NCBI RefSeq assembly: GCF_036365525.1
Contig: NC_090418.1
Coordinates: forward strand, 14,198,248 to 14,262,247
Source of the DNA: Heterodontus francisci
Taxonomy: Eukaryota
Reading direction: 5' to 3'
Length of the DNA: 64,000 bases
A program made the translations under genes and the position numbers. Below the pieces are notes generated by a model. That model made no database searches, had not been told where the DNA came from, and worked only from the letters and a program-made list of their open reading frames with translations. This document shows, one piece after another, positions 37,070 through 48,460 of this stretch (position 1 is its first letter; every line of letters starts with the position of its first letter).

Positions 37070-40000
37070 ATAATTTATTCTTTAACGGTATATGGGCGCC
37101 GCTGGCTAGGCCAACAGTTATTGTCCAACCCTAATTGCCCTCGAGAAGATGGTGATGATCCATCTTCTTGAACCGCTGAAGTCCATATGGTGTTAGTACA
37201 ATCATCGTGCTATTAGGAAAGGAATTCCAGGATTTTGACCCAGCAACAATGAAGGAAAAGCAATATAGTTCCTAGTCAGGATAGTGTGCAGCTTGGAGGG
37301 GAGCTTGCAGGTGGCGGTCCTCCCATGCATCTGGTGCCCTTGGCCTTCTAGGTACAGAGGTAACGGGATTGTAAGATGCTGTCGAAGGAACCCTGGTGAA
37401 TTTCTGCAGTACTTCTTGTGCATGGTACACAATACTACCTCTGGGCATCAGTAGTTGAGGGAGTGAATGTTAAAAGTGGTCGATGGGTTGACAATCAAGC
37501 GGGTTGCTTTTTTCCTGGACGTTGTCAAGCTCCTTGGTGATCTTGGAGCTGCACCTGTCCAGGCAAGTGAGGGTATTCCATCATATCACTTCTCTTCCAG
37601 GAATGCCTACCTTGAAGAAGTTCTGCTCTTCTCTCCAATGGGATTTTCGTTTGTCCCTTTACCTTGTTTACCTTCATTGCTTTCTAGTTCCCTCCTTGTG
37701 TTTGATAAAGTGTTTACCAAAACTCGTTTTCACAGGCACATCTCCTTCCTCAGTGACTGCCTCTGGCTCCGACCTATTCCACTTGGATTCCAACTGCATT
37801 TTCATCCATCATGTTTTGAATCCACCCAGGAATACAGATTCTCTGAGAAATACAACGTTCCTCGGACTGCTACTCTCGCCACATCCTGAGATCCACACTC
37901 AGTGCTGAGCGCCGCAACATGCACACACTGAACCACTGTCTCTAGCAGCACCGCCTCACCTTATCTCAAAGCTGTTCTACTCCGCAGTTTCATTTCATCT
38001 TTTGTCTCATCCGACGCATTAACAAAAAGCTTTTTTTCTTCCTTTCAGATGTCAAGGAACACAAGCTCCAGTAGCTGATGGGGACGAATGCTCCTCCGGA
38101 TCCTCCTTCCGCTTCACTTCCCTCTGAGCCCACCCCTTCTGATCTGACCCCTTGCCATGTGTTCACTATACCCTCTGATCGCCCCCTCTCTGATGCTGAA
38201 AGTTCTGTACTCAGCAAAGGTCTCACTTGTATCCAGCTCAATGAATTTCGCCCACAGCATTACTTTGAGCTCTTCTTCCGTCGCCTCCACCTCCGGGATC
38301 ACTTCTTTGACCAGGAGTCCTCCCCGCAAGCAGTGGAACCATTCACCCACCTCCAGCATTCTCCCTCTACCTTGACCACTCCCCCTGGCCTCTTACCCGC
38401 TCTTGATCTCTTCATTGAAAACTATCGGTGAGACATTGGTCATCTCAAGTTCTCTGCCCCCTCACTCACTCCAACCTGTCCCCCTCTGAACCTGAGGCAC
38501 TCCGTTCTCTCAGGTCTAACCCCGTCATGGTCATCAAATCTGCAGGCAAGGGTGGTGTTTCCTGGTCCTTACTGCCTCCTCTTTACTATGGACGTCCAAT
38601 CGCTCTACACCTCCATCCCCCACCAGGATGGTTTATGGACTCTCCGCTTCTTCCCTGAACAGAGGCCCAACCAGTCCCCATCCGCCACCACCCTCCTCTG
38701 CCTGGCTGAACTTGTTCTCACATTGAACAACCTCTCCTTCAACTCCACTCACTTCGTTCAAGTAAAAGGTGTTGCTATGGGTACTCGCATGGGTCCTAGT
38801 TATGCCTGTCATGTTGTGGGATATGTCGAGCATTCTTTGTTCCAGTCCTACTCAGGCCCCCTCCCCCAACTCTTTTTCCAGTACATTGATGACTGTATCG
38901 GTGCCATTTCCTGCTCCCGCCAGGAACTGGAAAACTTTATCAACTTTGCTTCCAATTTCCACCCTTCTCTAACCTTTACATGGTCCATCTCCAACACTTC
39001 CCTTCCCTTCCTCGACTTCTCTGTCTCCATCTCTGGGGATCGGTTGTCTACTAATATCCATTATAAGCCCACCGACTCCCAGAGCTGCCTGGACTACACT
39101 TCTTCACCCCCTACCTCCTGTAAGGGCTCCATTCCATTCTCCCAGTTTCTCCATCTCCGATGCATCTGCTCTGATGATACTACCTTCCATGACGGTGCTT
39201 CTGATATGACCTCCTTTTTCCTCAACCGAGGATTCCCTCCCACTGTTGTAGACAGGGCCCTCAACCGTGTCTGGCCCATTTCCCGCACCTCTACCCGCAC
39301 CCCTTCCCCTCCCTCCAAGAACCGTGACAGGGTTCCCCTTGTCCTCACTTTCCACCCCATCAGCCTCCATATACAAAGGATCATCCTCCACCATTTCCGC
39401 CACATCCAGCGTGATTCCACTACCAAATGCATCTTCCCCTCCCTTCCCCTGTCCGCATTCTGAAGGGAGCATTCCCTCCGTGACACCCTGGTCCACTCCT
39501 CCATTACCCCCACCACCTTGTCCCCGTCCCATGGCACCTTCCCCTGCAATCGCAGGAGGTGTAATACCTGTCCATTTACCTCCTCTCTCCTCACTATCCC
39601 AGGCCCCAAACACACCTTTCAGGTGAAGCAGCGATTTACTTGTACTTCTTTCAATGTAGTATACTGTATTCGCTGCTCACAAAGTGGTCTCCTCTCCACT
39701 GGGGTGACCAAACGCAGACTGGGTGACCGCTTTGAGGAACACCTCCGCTCAGTCTGCAAGCAGGACCCTGAGCTTCCGGTTGCTTGCCATTTCAGCACTC
39801 CCCCCTGCTCTCATGCTCACATCTCTATCCTGGGCTTGCTGCAGTGTTCCAGTGAACATCAACGCAAGCTCGAGGAACAGCATCCCATTTACTGATTAGG
39901 CACACTAAAGCCTGCCAGACTGAACATTGAGTTCAATAATTTCAGAGCATGACAGTCCTCCCATTTTACTTTCATTTTTAGTTATTTCTCCTTTTTTCCC

Positions 40001-41066
40001 TTTTTACATTTTTTACAATTTTTTATGTTTATTTCATTTCATCTTTGTTTGTTAAGTTTGCTTACCCACTGTTTTTTTCATGTTTGTACTTGCTGCTGTT
40101 CAATCTCAGTCCGTTAACACCCTATCTGTATCAATGCTTCGTCTTTCAACACACCATTAACATATTGTTTGCCTTTGCTCCATGACATTTTTGTCAGCTA
40201 TGTGGCCTTATCCAATCTACACCTTCTCATTTGTTACCTCTTTCCCCACCCCTGCCTCACTTGCTTATAACCTTTGACATTTATAATATTTGCTAGTTCG
40301 GAAGAAGGGTCACTGACCCGAAACGTTAACTCTGCTTCTCTTTCCATAGATGCTGCCAGACCTGCTGAGTGGTTCCAGCATTTCTTGTTTTTATTTCAGA
40401 ATTCCAGCATCCGCAGTATTTTTCTTGTATTCCATCATACTCCTGACTTGTGCCTTGTAGGTGGTGGACAGGCTTAGGGAAGTCAAGAGGTCAAGTATTC
40501 GCCTTAGAATTCCTATCCTCTGACCTGCTCCTGTAGACACAGTATTGATTTGGTCTGTCCAGTTCAGTTTCTGGTCAATGGCAACCCCGAGGATATTGAT
40601 ACTCGGGGATTCAGCAATAGGAATGCCATTTAACGTCAGGGGGAAATGGTTAGATTCTCACTTCTTTGAAATGATCGTTGTCTGCTACTTGAGTGGCGCG
40701 AATGTAACTTTCCACACATCAGCCCAAGTCTGAATGTCATCTGGGTCTTGCTGCAGATCGACAGGGATTGATTCTCTATCTGAGGAGTTGCAAATGGCGC
40801 TGAACATTGTGCAATTATGAACGAAAATCCCCACTTCTGACCTTATTATGGAGGAAAGGTCATTGTTGAGCAGCTGAAGATGGTTGGGCTTAGGACACTA
40901 ACCTGAAGAACTCCTGCAGGGATGTCCTGGGACTGAGAAAATTGACCTCCAACAACCATAACCAGCTTCCTTTGCGCTAAGTATGACTCCAACCAATGGA
41001 GAGGTTCCCCCCGATTCCCATTGACTTCAATTTTGTAGGGCGCCTTCATGCCATGCTCACTCAAAA
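37070..41066 (-). mobile_element. LINE-A 3' portion (~1.1 kb), split by a PLE
   Basis: Tail at 37070-37140; LHWLESYLAQRKLVMVVGGQ..PTIFSC at 40850-41000; rejoined across the TSD. Confidence 0.85.
37586..40426 (+). mobile_element. Near full-length Penelope-like element (Neptune-type, Cys linker + GIY-YIG), inactivated
   Basis: LSDAESSVLSKGL, MDVQSLYTSIP, GVAMGTRMGPSYA, YIDD, CNRRRCNTC, VVYCIRC; internal RT deletion near 38560; 13-bp TSD GTATTCCATCATA at 37573 and 40427. Confidence 0.93.
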
Positions 41067-42240
41067 GTGACATTCCCACAGGTAGCAAGTGCATTGTATC
41101 TGTTGGATACTATTAGTTTCTGTGGCTCCTCGTTCTCTGTCTCACCTGTGTTCCCTTTACTCTGTAAATTGTTGTTCAAACTAAACGCGTTCAGAACCTA
41201 TACCCCACTCAAAGCTTTGGCCGAAATCTGCAGCAAAGGGTGCAGATACTCTTATGTATCAGAGTGCCTTCAGCTCACACTCCCGCTCAATGATTCGAAG
41301 CCAAAGGGATTCCAGATGAAGACATCTGCCACAGATGAGACAGTCCAGCTGGCTACAAACTCCCACCTACTACAGGCCAAACAAAAAACCTACTCTGTCA
41401 TATCTTAGTCGAAATGATTTAATTTATTTATATATAGTTTTTAGTTTTTTGTTAGTTTCTTCTTTGTGTACAGAATAAATTTCACCAGGCTGTGGACAAA
41501 AACATTAAATACCACCTCAAGCTTCCACTGCAAGTATTGGAGGTTAAAAAAGCGGCAGCTGCTATCTCATTTGCACCAAATTCTCACTTGCAACAAATTC
41601 CCATCTTTAACACTCTTAATGCTGCAGTCTTTTCAAGACCACATTGTGAGCACCATTCTGTGTGAACAAATACTGTACTAATACAGATCTTTAGGAGTCG
41701 CACCCACAGTGCAACTTCTTCTAATTCAGCTTTCCGCTCAGCTACAGTTTACATTGATTGACAGTTAACTGCCACTGACAGAATGATTCTACGAACTGGT
41801 TAGTTAAACCAGCTTGCAGTTTCTTGTGACATTTTTTAAAGCTGCAAATCAAATTCTAAATGTCAAACACAATTTCAGTTTGAGAAAACCTTACCGGGAA
41901 CAGTCACTGGCACCAAATTCCCTACTTTCGCACTGTTAATGCTGAAAACTTTCATCGATCACTTCATCAGGACATTATGTTATTTCCTTCGATCATCCCT
42001 TCTCCAACATTGCTTCTCATAGTGTTTTACTTCTCACACTGGGTGACAGAGCGACTGCACAAACAATGGACACATCCCTGAAATATTGTTCTGATATAAA
42101 CATGTGTGATATAAAAACTGAGCGTGTAATTCGAAAATAACCGAAAGAGGACTTTATCAAACTTAATTGTAAAAGTTAATATTGCACGAACACAAACATT
42201 TCTTGAAATCAAGAACCCTCCTGATTAAAACGCAGGAACC

Positions 42241-42306
42241 TCAGCCCCTGTGATTGGAACACTCAATCCTCTGGAGTCAAACGTGCTACCTTTGCATCAC
42301 GAACTC
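42241..42306 (-). pseudogene. tRNA-Trp(CCA) pseudogene
   Basis: GAGTTCGTGATGCAAAGGTAGCACGTTTGACTCCAGA..TTGAGTGTTCCAATCAC..GGGG vs tRNA-Trp GACCTCGTGGCGCAACGGTAGCGCGTCTGACTCCAGA..TTGCGTGTTCAAATCAC; broken stems. Confidence 0.75.
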
Positions 42307-43112
42307 TGTAAAAAATAGCTGGAGGCTGATACCGAGGAGTGATACCTGCACTGACGCCTCCCAAGATCACGGAGTGTAAGAGTTGCAAATAGCAGTCAGC
42401 AGCCTGCCTTAACAACAGCTCAGGATTCCCACTCTGTCATGCAGCCGCTGCCAACTGAGAGCTGCCAGTCTCATTTTATGGTACGAGGTGCAGCTCACAC
42501 GCAGTGTGAGGAATCTCACTCCTGGAAGATTCACTTCTTTAAACATTGTTTGCATTCATTGAATTAATATTGAATTCAATCCTCATCTGACCTCCGCTCT
42601 ATTAATTCAGCATTCAACTTAAATGGGTCCTTGGAATTCTCTTTTACGTGGTGTTGCCTGTTTAAATAGTTCTCAGGCTCATAAGTCAGAGAAATCAGAG
42701 GTTTTGCTGCTAACTGCTGCATGCTACAAAGTGCCCAGGAATTAGGCAATTTCTCCTGTGGACTGGGGAACTGGCCTTTCGTCTCAACCATTCAATCCAT
42801 GAATTTACTGGCCTTGCTGGAGGTTATGTCCATCCAAAGACGTCGTACAAAAGACAAAAGAGTAGGACAAGGTGCGTTGGTGGTCTAGAGAACCGCCATG
42901 GCCAGGACGGATCGAATGGACCCTTTCTGTGCTGCAACCATTCTGTGATTCCGGTTAAGTTTGGTAGATTAAATATCTCTTTTTTGGTTATGTTCGCTTC
43001 AGGACGCTCATTTTTCATTTAATGCAATTTAAAGTCAGAACGATATTTCAGGGATGTCATGTGTCCATTGTTTATGTAATACCTCTGTCACCCAGTGAAG
43101 TAAAATACAAAT

Positions 43113-43141
43113 CGTCTAGCATGGGGCTGAAACCCACATCC
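43113..43141 (-). pseudogene. tRNA 3'-half relic (Lys-CTT-like T arm and acceptor)
   Basis: GATGTGGGTTTCAGCCCCATGCTAGACG vs GTCGTGGGTTCGAGCCCCACGTTGGGCG. Confidence 0.4.
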
Positions 43142-43154
43142 GCTCCATCTGTGC

Positions 43155-43228
43155 GGCGGCTTAATTCCGTTGGTTAGATTGCAGTGTTAATAACACAACG
43201 GTTGCAGATTTGATCCCGTTGAACAGCG
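43155..43228 (+). pseudogene. tRNA-Ile(AAT) pseudogene
   Basis: GGCGGCTTAATTCCGTTGGTTAGATTGCAGTGTTAATAACACAACGGTTGCAGATTTGATCCCG vs GGCCGGTTAGCTCAGTTGGTTAGAGCGTGGTGCTAATAACGCCAAGGTCGCGGGTTCGATCCCC. Confidence 0.7.
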
Positions 43229-43679
43229 TCAGTTTCACTGTTGATTTTACAGATTTCCCAATTCTTCAACACTTCATAAGTAAACACATCCACACAAAAT
43301 GTCACTGGGGACTTATTTTAAATAACGTCTATTCCATCTTTGTCACTGGGACGGAATAACACCGAATGCTTTTTATTTGTCTTTATTTCGCTAATGAAGG
43401 CAGAGAGGGAATGGGTAATGACTGGGCCATCAAGGAACATCAGGCAAGTAACGCAGTATTCCCTGGAGCACATCTCACTCTCCAATTCGTAATCAATTTT
43501 GAATACTGGTGAGACTGATGGCTCTTCTGGGAATGCAGCCGGAGCCAAGCCCACTGCACCATGGAGGCGGGGTAAGATTGAGAAAGCAATAGTCATAGGA
43601 GATTCTGTCGTTAGAGGAAGAGACAGACGCTCTTGCGGCCACTGATGTGGCTTCTATCTGCTTCTTTGTCCACATTACT

Positions 43680-44525
43680 TGTTGTACTTGCATTTTAACG
43701 TTTAGTGGTTCATATTTGTACAAGGACACCCAAATCCGTCTGAAGTGCAGACTCTGAAGTTTCTCTCCATGTAAATAAAATTCGGCTTTCCTATTCTTCC
43801 GACCAAAGTCGGGAACCTCACATTTTTTCATGTTATACTCCGTCAGTCAAATTTTTGCCCACTCACTTAATCTGTGTATATGTCTTTGCAGACACTTTAT
43901 GTCCTTCTCAAAAATTGCTTTCCCACTTGTCTTTGTATCGTCTGCAAATTTAGGTACAATACACTAGGTCCCTTAATCCAATCCAAGAATATAGATCGTT
44001 AATTGTTGAAGCCCCTGCACTGAGCCCTGTGGCACACCACTATTTACAGTTTGCCACCCTGAAAATGCCCAATTTATCCCAACACCCTGTTTCCTGTTTG
44101 TTAGCCAATCGTTTATCCATTCTAAAATATTATCCGCAACATCATGAGACATTGTCTTGTGTAGCAGCCTTTTATGTAGCACCTTATCGGATGCCTTTTG
44201 GCAATCCAAATGCACTATATCTACTGGTTGCCCTTTATCCACCCTGCATGTTACATCCTTTAAGAACTCTTAATAATATTTTCAAGCACGATTTCCCTTT
44301 CGTGAAACCATGTCGCCTCTGGCTGATTACGTTACGATTTTCTAAATGTCTTGCTTTCAATTTATTAATAACAGATTCCAAAATTTTCGCATTAACCTAT
44401 GTTAAATAACTGGGCTATAGTTTCCTTATTTCTGTCTGCCTCCTTTCTTGAATAGATGTATTTCATTTGCGGATTTCCAATCTCTGGGACCTTTCCAGGA
44501 TCTAGGGAATTTTAGGAGATTATAA
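43680..44525 (-). mobile_element. CR1 ORF2 fragment (orthologous to ~1220-1875)
   Basis: VDIVHLDCQKASDKV..SGVPQGSV in minus translation. Confidence 0.85.
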
Positions 44526-45696
44526 CCGAATCCTTTATTCACCCTCTTTCTCCTCTTGACTATTTGATCCAGGTGTGCATCCCTCTGCATGTAACAAAGA
44601 TACTCAATTTCCTGAACAAACGTTGCACTGGAAGTTTATAATGTTCAGCAGCATGGAGTGGTGGGAGGGCATTAGCACCTAAGATGAACATCATGATCAC
44701 AATAAATAGATCAGCTGTGCAGATGCGGCTCCAACTCACAACCTCGGCATTTCCCGAAACTACCGTCACAATGCGGCATCAGACTGACAAATTGCACCAT
44801 GATAACCGTTTGTGTGTGTTTGCTGTCCCAGTATGCGGAAGAAAAAAACCTTAACGTGAGAGTTTCTTGCCTGTGGAAACGGGTCCAATGCGCTTGAGGA
44901 AATTATCAAATGAACTTTCATTTTCAGTTTCGTTTATATTGTTTACTACATCTCACGACACTCGGAATTTATGAAAATAATGGACACGTGGTGTCTTTCT
45001 GGAGCCTGCCACTGAATAACAAACTCTGCCAGCAACAGAACATATCGTCATTTGCACAAGCACAATAATCGAATGCATAGAAAAGAGGATTCAACAGGCT
45101 TATGATTATTGGTCTACAATATAAGAAAGGATAGAAATGAAACAGATTTTCTTGTGGTTTCACGCTCTATCTATTGTGGCCGCAGTGTGACTCAAATGAG
45201 TCAACGATTACAGAAAAAAAGCACCATCCAAACTGTAGCTTAAACTCGGGACTTTCGAGCCCGACAAATAGAAGCTAACTGGATTATTGGGCCAGCTTTC
45301 TGAATTTCTAATTTAGAGACAGTTCCAGGACCTTTGTAAGTGTTGTACCGGGCTCCACAATTTTACTTTACTGGGCCGCGTGACTCTGCTGTACTGGATT
45401 TCGTAAGTATGATGAATCCAGTAGCCGAACCACCCGGGAGTGAACATCACTGGTACCCAGAAGACTGTTGTGACAGGACCTCGGGAGTGTACGATACTTG
45501 TACCCGCAGTTATGCTGTACTGATCCTGGGAGTGTGGTGTACCTCGGCAGCGACTGCATTATATGAAGACCCGGGTGTATGCCACAGCTGGACAGGGCAG
45601 TGTGCTCACATAGGACCTTCGAATGTGCGTTATTCGGTTACAGGATTTCGATGTAGTTCTAACCGAGCATGTGCTGCACAGTAAACCAGGGCTGTG

Positions 45697-47545
45697 TTTT
45701 TATTTTTTTATTTAGAGATACAGCACTGAAACAGGCCCTTCGGCCCACCGCATCTGTGCTGACCATCAACCACCCATTTATACTAATCCTGCACTAATCC
45801 CACCACATCCCAACATTCCCCTACCACCTACCTATACTAGGGGGCAATTTATAATGGCCAATGTACAGCATTGTGGGGAAAGTCTTTGCTCGAGTCGCTC
45901 TGAACAGGCTCCAGAAGCTGGCCGAGCGCGTCTACCCTGAGGCACAGTGTGGCTTTCGTGCAGAGAGATCGACTATTGACATGCTGTTCTCCCTTCGTCA
46001 GATACAGGAGAAATGCCGTGAACAACAGATGCCCCTCTACATTGCTTTCATTGATCTCACCAAAGCCTTTGACCTCGTCAGCAGACGTGGTCTCTTCAGA
46101 CTACTAGAAAAGATCGGATGTCCACCAAAGCTACTAAGTATCATCACCTCATTCCATGACAATATGAAAGGCACAATTCAACATGGTGGCTCCTCATCAG
46201 AGCCCTTCCCTATCCTGAGTGGTGTGAAACAGGGCTGTGTTCTCGCACCCACACTTTTTGGGATTTTCTTCTCCCTGCTGCTTTCACATGCGTTCAAATC
46301 CTCTGAAGAAGGAATTTTCCTCCACACAAGATCAGGGGGCAGGTTGTTCAACCTTGCCCGTCTAAGAGCGAAGTCCAAAGTACGGAAAGTCCTCATCAGA
46401 GAACTCCTCTTTGCTGACGATGCTGCTTTAACATCTCACACTGAAGAATGCCTGCAGAGTCTCATCGACAGGTTTGCGTCTGCCTGCAATGAATTTGGCC
46501 TAACCATCAGCCTCAAGAAAACGAACATCATGGGGCAGGATGTCAGAAATGCTCCATCCATCAATATTGGCGACCACGCTCTGGAAGTGGTTCAAAAGTT
46601 CACCTACCTAGGCTCAACTATCACCAGTAACCTGTCTCTAGATGCAGAAATCAACAAGCGCATGGGTAAGGCTTCCACTGCTATGTTCAGACTGGCCAAG
46701 AGAGTGTGGGAAAATGGCGCACTGACACGGAACACAAAAGTCCGAGTGTATCAGGCCTGTGTCCTCAGTACCTTGCTCTACGGCAGCGAGGCCTGGACAA
46801 CGTATGCCAGCCAAGAGCGACGTCTCAATTCATTCCATCTTCGCTGCCTTCGGAGAATACTTGGCATCAGGTGGCAGGACTATATCTCCAACACAGAAGT
46901 CCTTGAAGCGGCCAACATCCCCAGCTTATACACACTACTGAGTCAGCGGCGCTTGAGATGGCTTGGCCATGTGAGCCGCATGGAAGATGGCAGGATCCCC
47001 AAAGACACATTGTACAGCGAGCTCGCCACTGGTATCAGACCCACCGGCCGTCCATGTCTCCGTTATAAAGACGTCTGCAAACGCGACATGAAATCGTGTG
47101 ACATTGATCACAAGTCGTGGGAGTCAGTTGCCAGCATTCGCCAGAGCTGGCGGGCAGCCATAAAGACAGGGCTAAATTGTGGCGAGTCGAAGAGACTTAG
47201 TAGTTGGCAGGAAAAAAGACAGAGGCGCAAGGGGAGAGCCAACTGTGCAACAGCCCCAACAAACAAATTTCTCTGCAGCACCTGTGGAAGAGCCTGTCAC
47301 TCCAGAATTGGCCTTTATAGCCACTCCAGGCGCTGCTTCACAAACCACTGACCACCTCCAGGCGCGTATCCATTGTCTCTCGAGATAAGGAGGCCCAAAA
47401 GAATGTACCTACAAGTGGTGGGAGGAAACCGGAGTACCCGGTGAAAACCCACGCAGACACAGGGAGAACTTGCAAACTCCACACAGTCAGTACCCAGAAT
47501 TGAACTGTGAGGCTGCGGTGCTAACCACTGCGCCACTGTGCCGCC
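45697..47545 (-). mobile_element. HE1-like SINE split by an RTE insertion (45697-45866 and 47402-47545)
   Basis: Tail and head both match the SINE at 14637. Confidence 0.88.
45867..47401 (+). mobile_element. Young 5'-truncated RTE-clade LINE with uninterrupted RT ORF (to 47351)
   Basis: PEAQCGFRAERSTIDM, FIDLTKAFDLV, GVKQGCVLAPTLF, LFADD, YGSEAW, C-terminal CxxC..H; 7-bp TSD AATGTAC at 45860 and 47402. Confidence 0.95.
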
Positions 47546-48460
47546 TGCGTTGTACCTGTTCATTTGCTGTACCGGACTTGTGGTGTGTATCATACCGGCA
47601 CATGTAATATGCTGTACAGGTACCAGAAAGTGTGCTGTCCTGGGTCCCAGGAGCATGCGATCCGGAGACACGTGCATGCGACGTTCCGCGGCCCTGGAAT
47701 TTGCTCCACTACAACTGGGGAATGTATAGCTCCGGGGCTCATGGGTGCGCTGTACCGGGATTCAGGACAGATATTGTGTGCTGTTCCCGGACCGGGGAGT
47801 GAGCGGTATTCGGATCAAGAACATAGCAGCAGCATTCACTTGTGATCTGACCCAGATTTCTATGTGTCCTCCTACGATGTGTCCTCTTCCGAAAGATGAA
47901 ACAAATTATCAAAAGCCAAAGTACCTATGGCACAGTTCACAATCTGCTTGGCTATAACAGGCAAATGGTACAGAGCAACGATATGATGTAATATGTACCG
48001 TGTAATTATGTAAACATCTGCTTGAAAACTAAATAACACATTTAGGACGACGACTGAGTAGAGGAGGGTGGTGGTGGACCTAGATGTGCCAGGGGTACTT
48101 GCAATTTAATCGGAAAATGTCAGGTTTCTTCTCTATTGATCCCAATGACGGTGGAGAAATCAATGACCTTCGCAATCTCTCTTTTTCCTGCTGCCTTTAC
48201 GTTTTTCCTGATCCTGTCCTGTCTTTCAAATCATGTTGCTCCAAATATTAAAGCAAAGGTCAAAAAAACTTGTCATCACTGAGATATTAAAGACTCCGTG
48301 ACTGACATGGCAATGAGAGCTAATGGTCCATGTTGGAGAGAAATATCACACCAAGTGTTCATTCCCAACGTACCCCTGAATTGTATACTCGGGCAGGGTT
48401 CTGTAAAGTGGTAAACCACACTTTGGCTGAAAACACATCTGCAGAAAGTGTGAGATCGTT

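Larger units (their letters stand above)
37070..42840. repeat. Older segmental paralogue of 59760-62460
   Basis: Same LINE-A truncation junction (41060 vs 60810) followed by colinear unique sequence including the tRNA-Trp relic. Confidence 0.85.

Noticed and set aside
45861-47351. Domesticated host gene
   Set aside because: TSD, 5' truncation and insertion within a SINE show a recent RTE copy.
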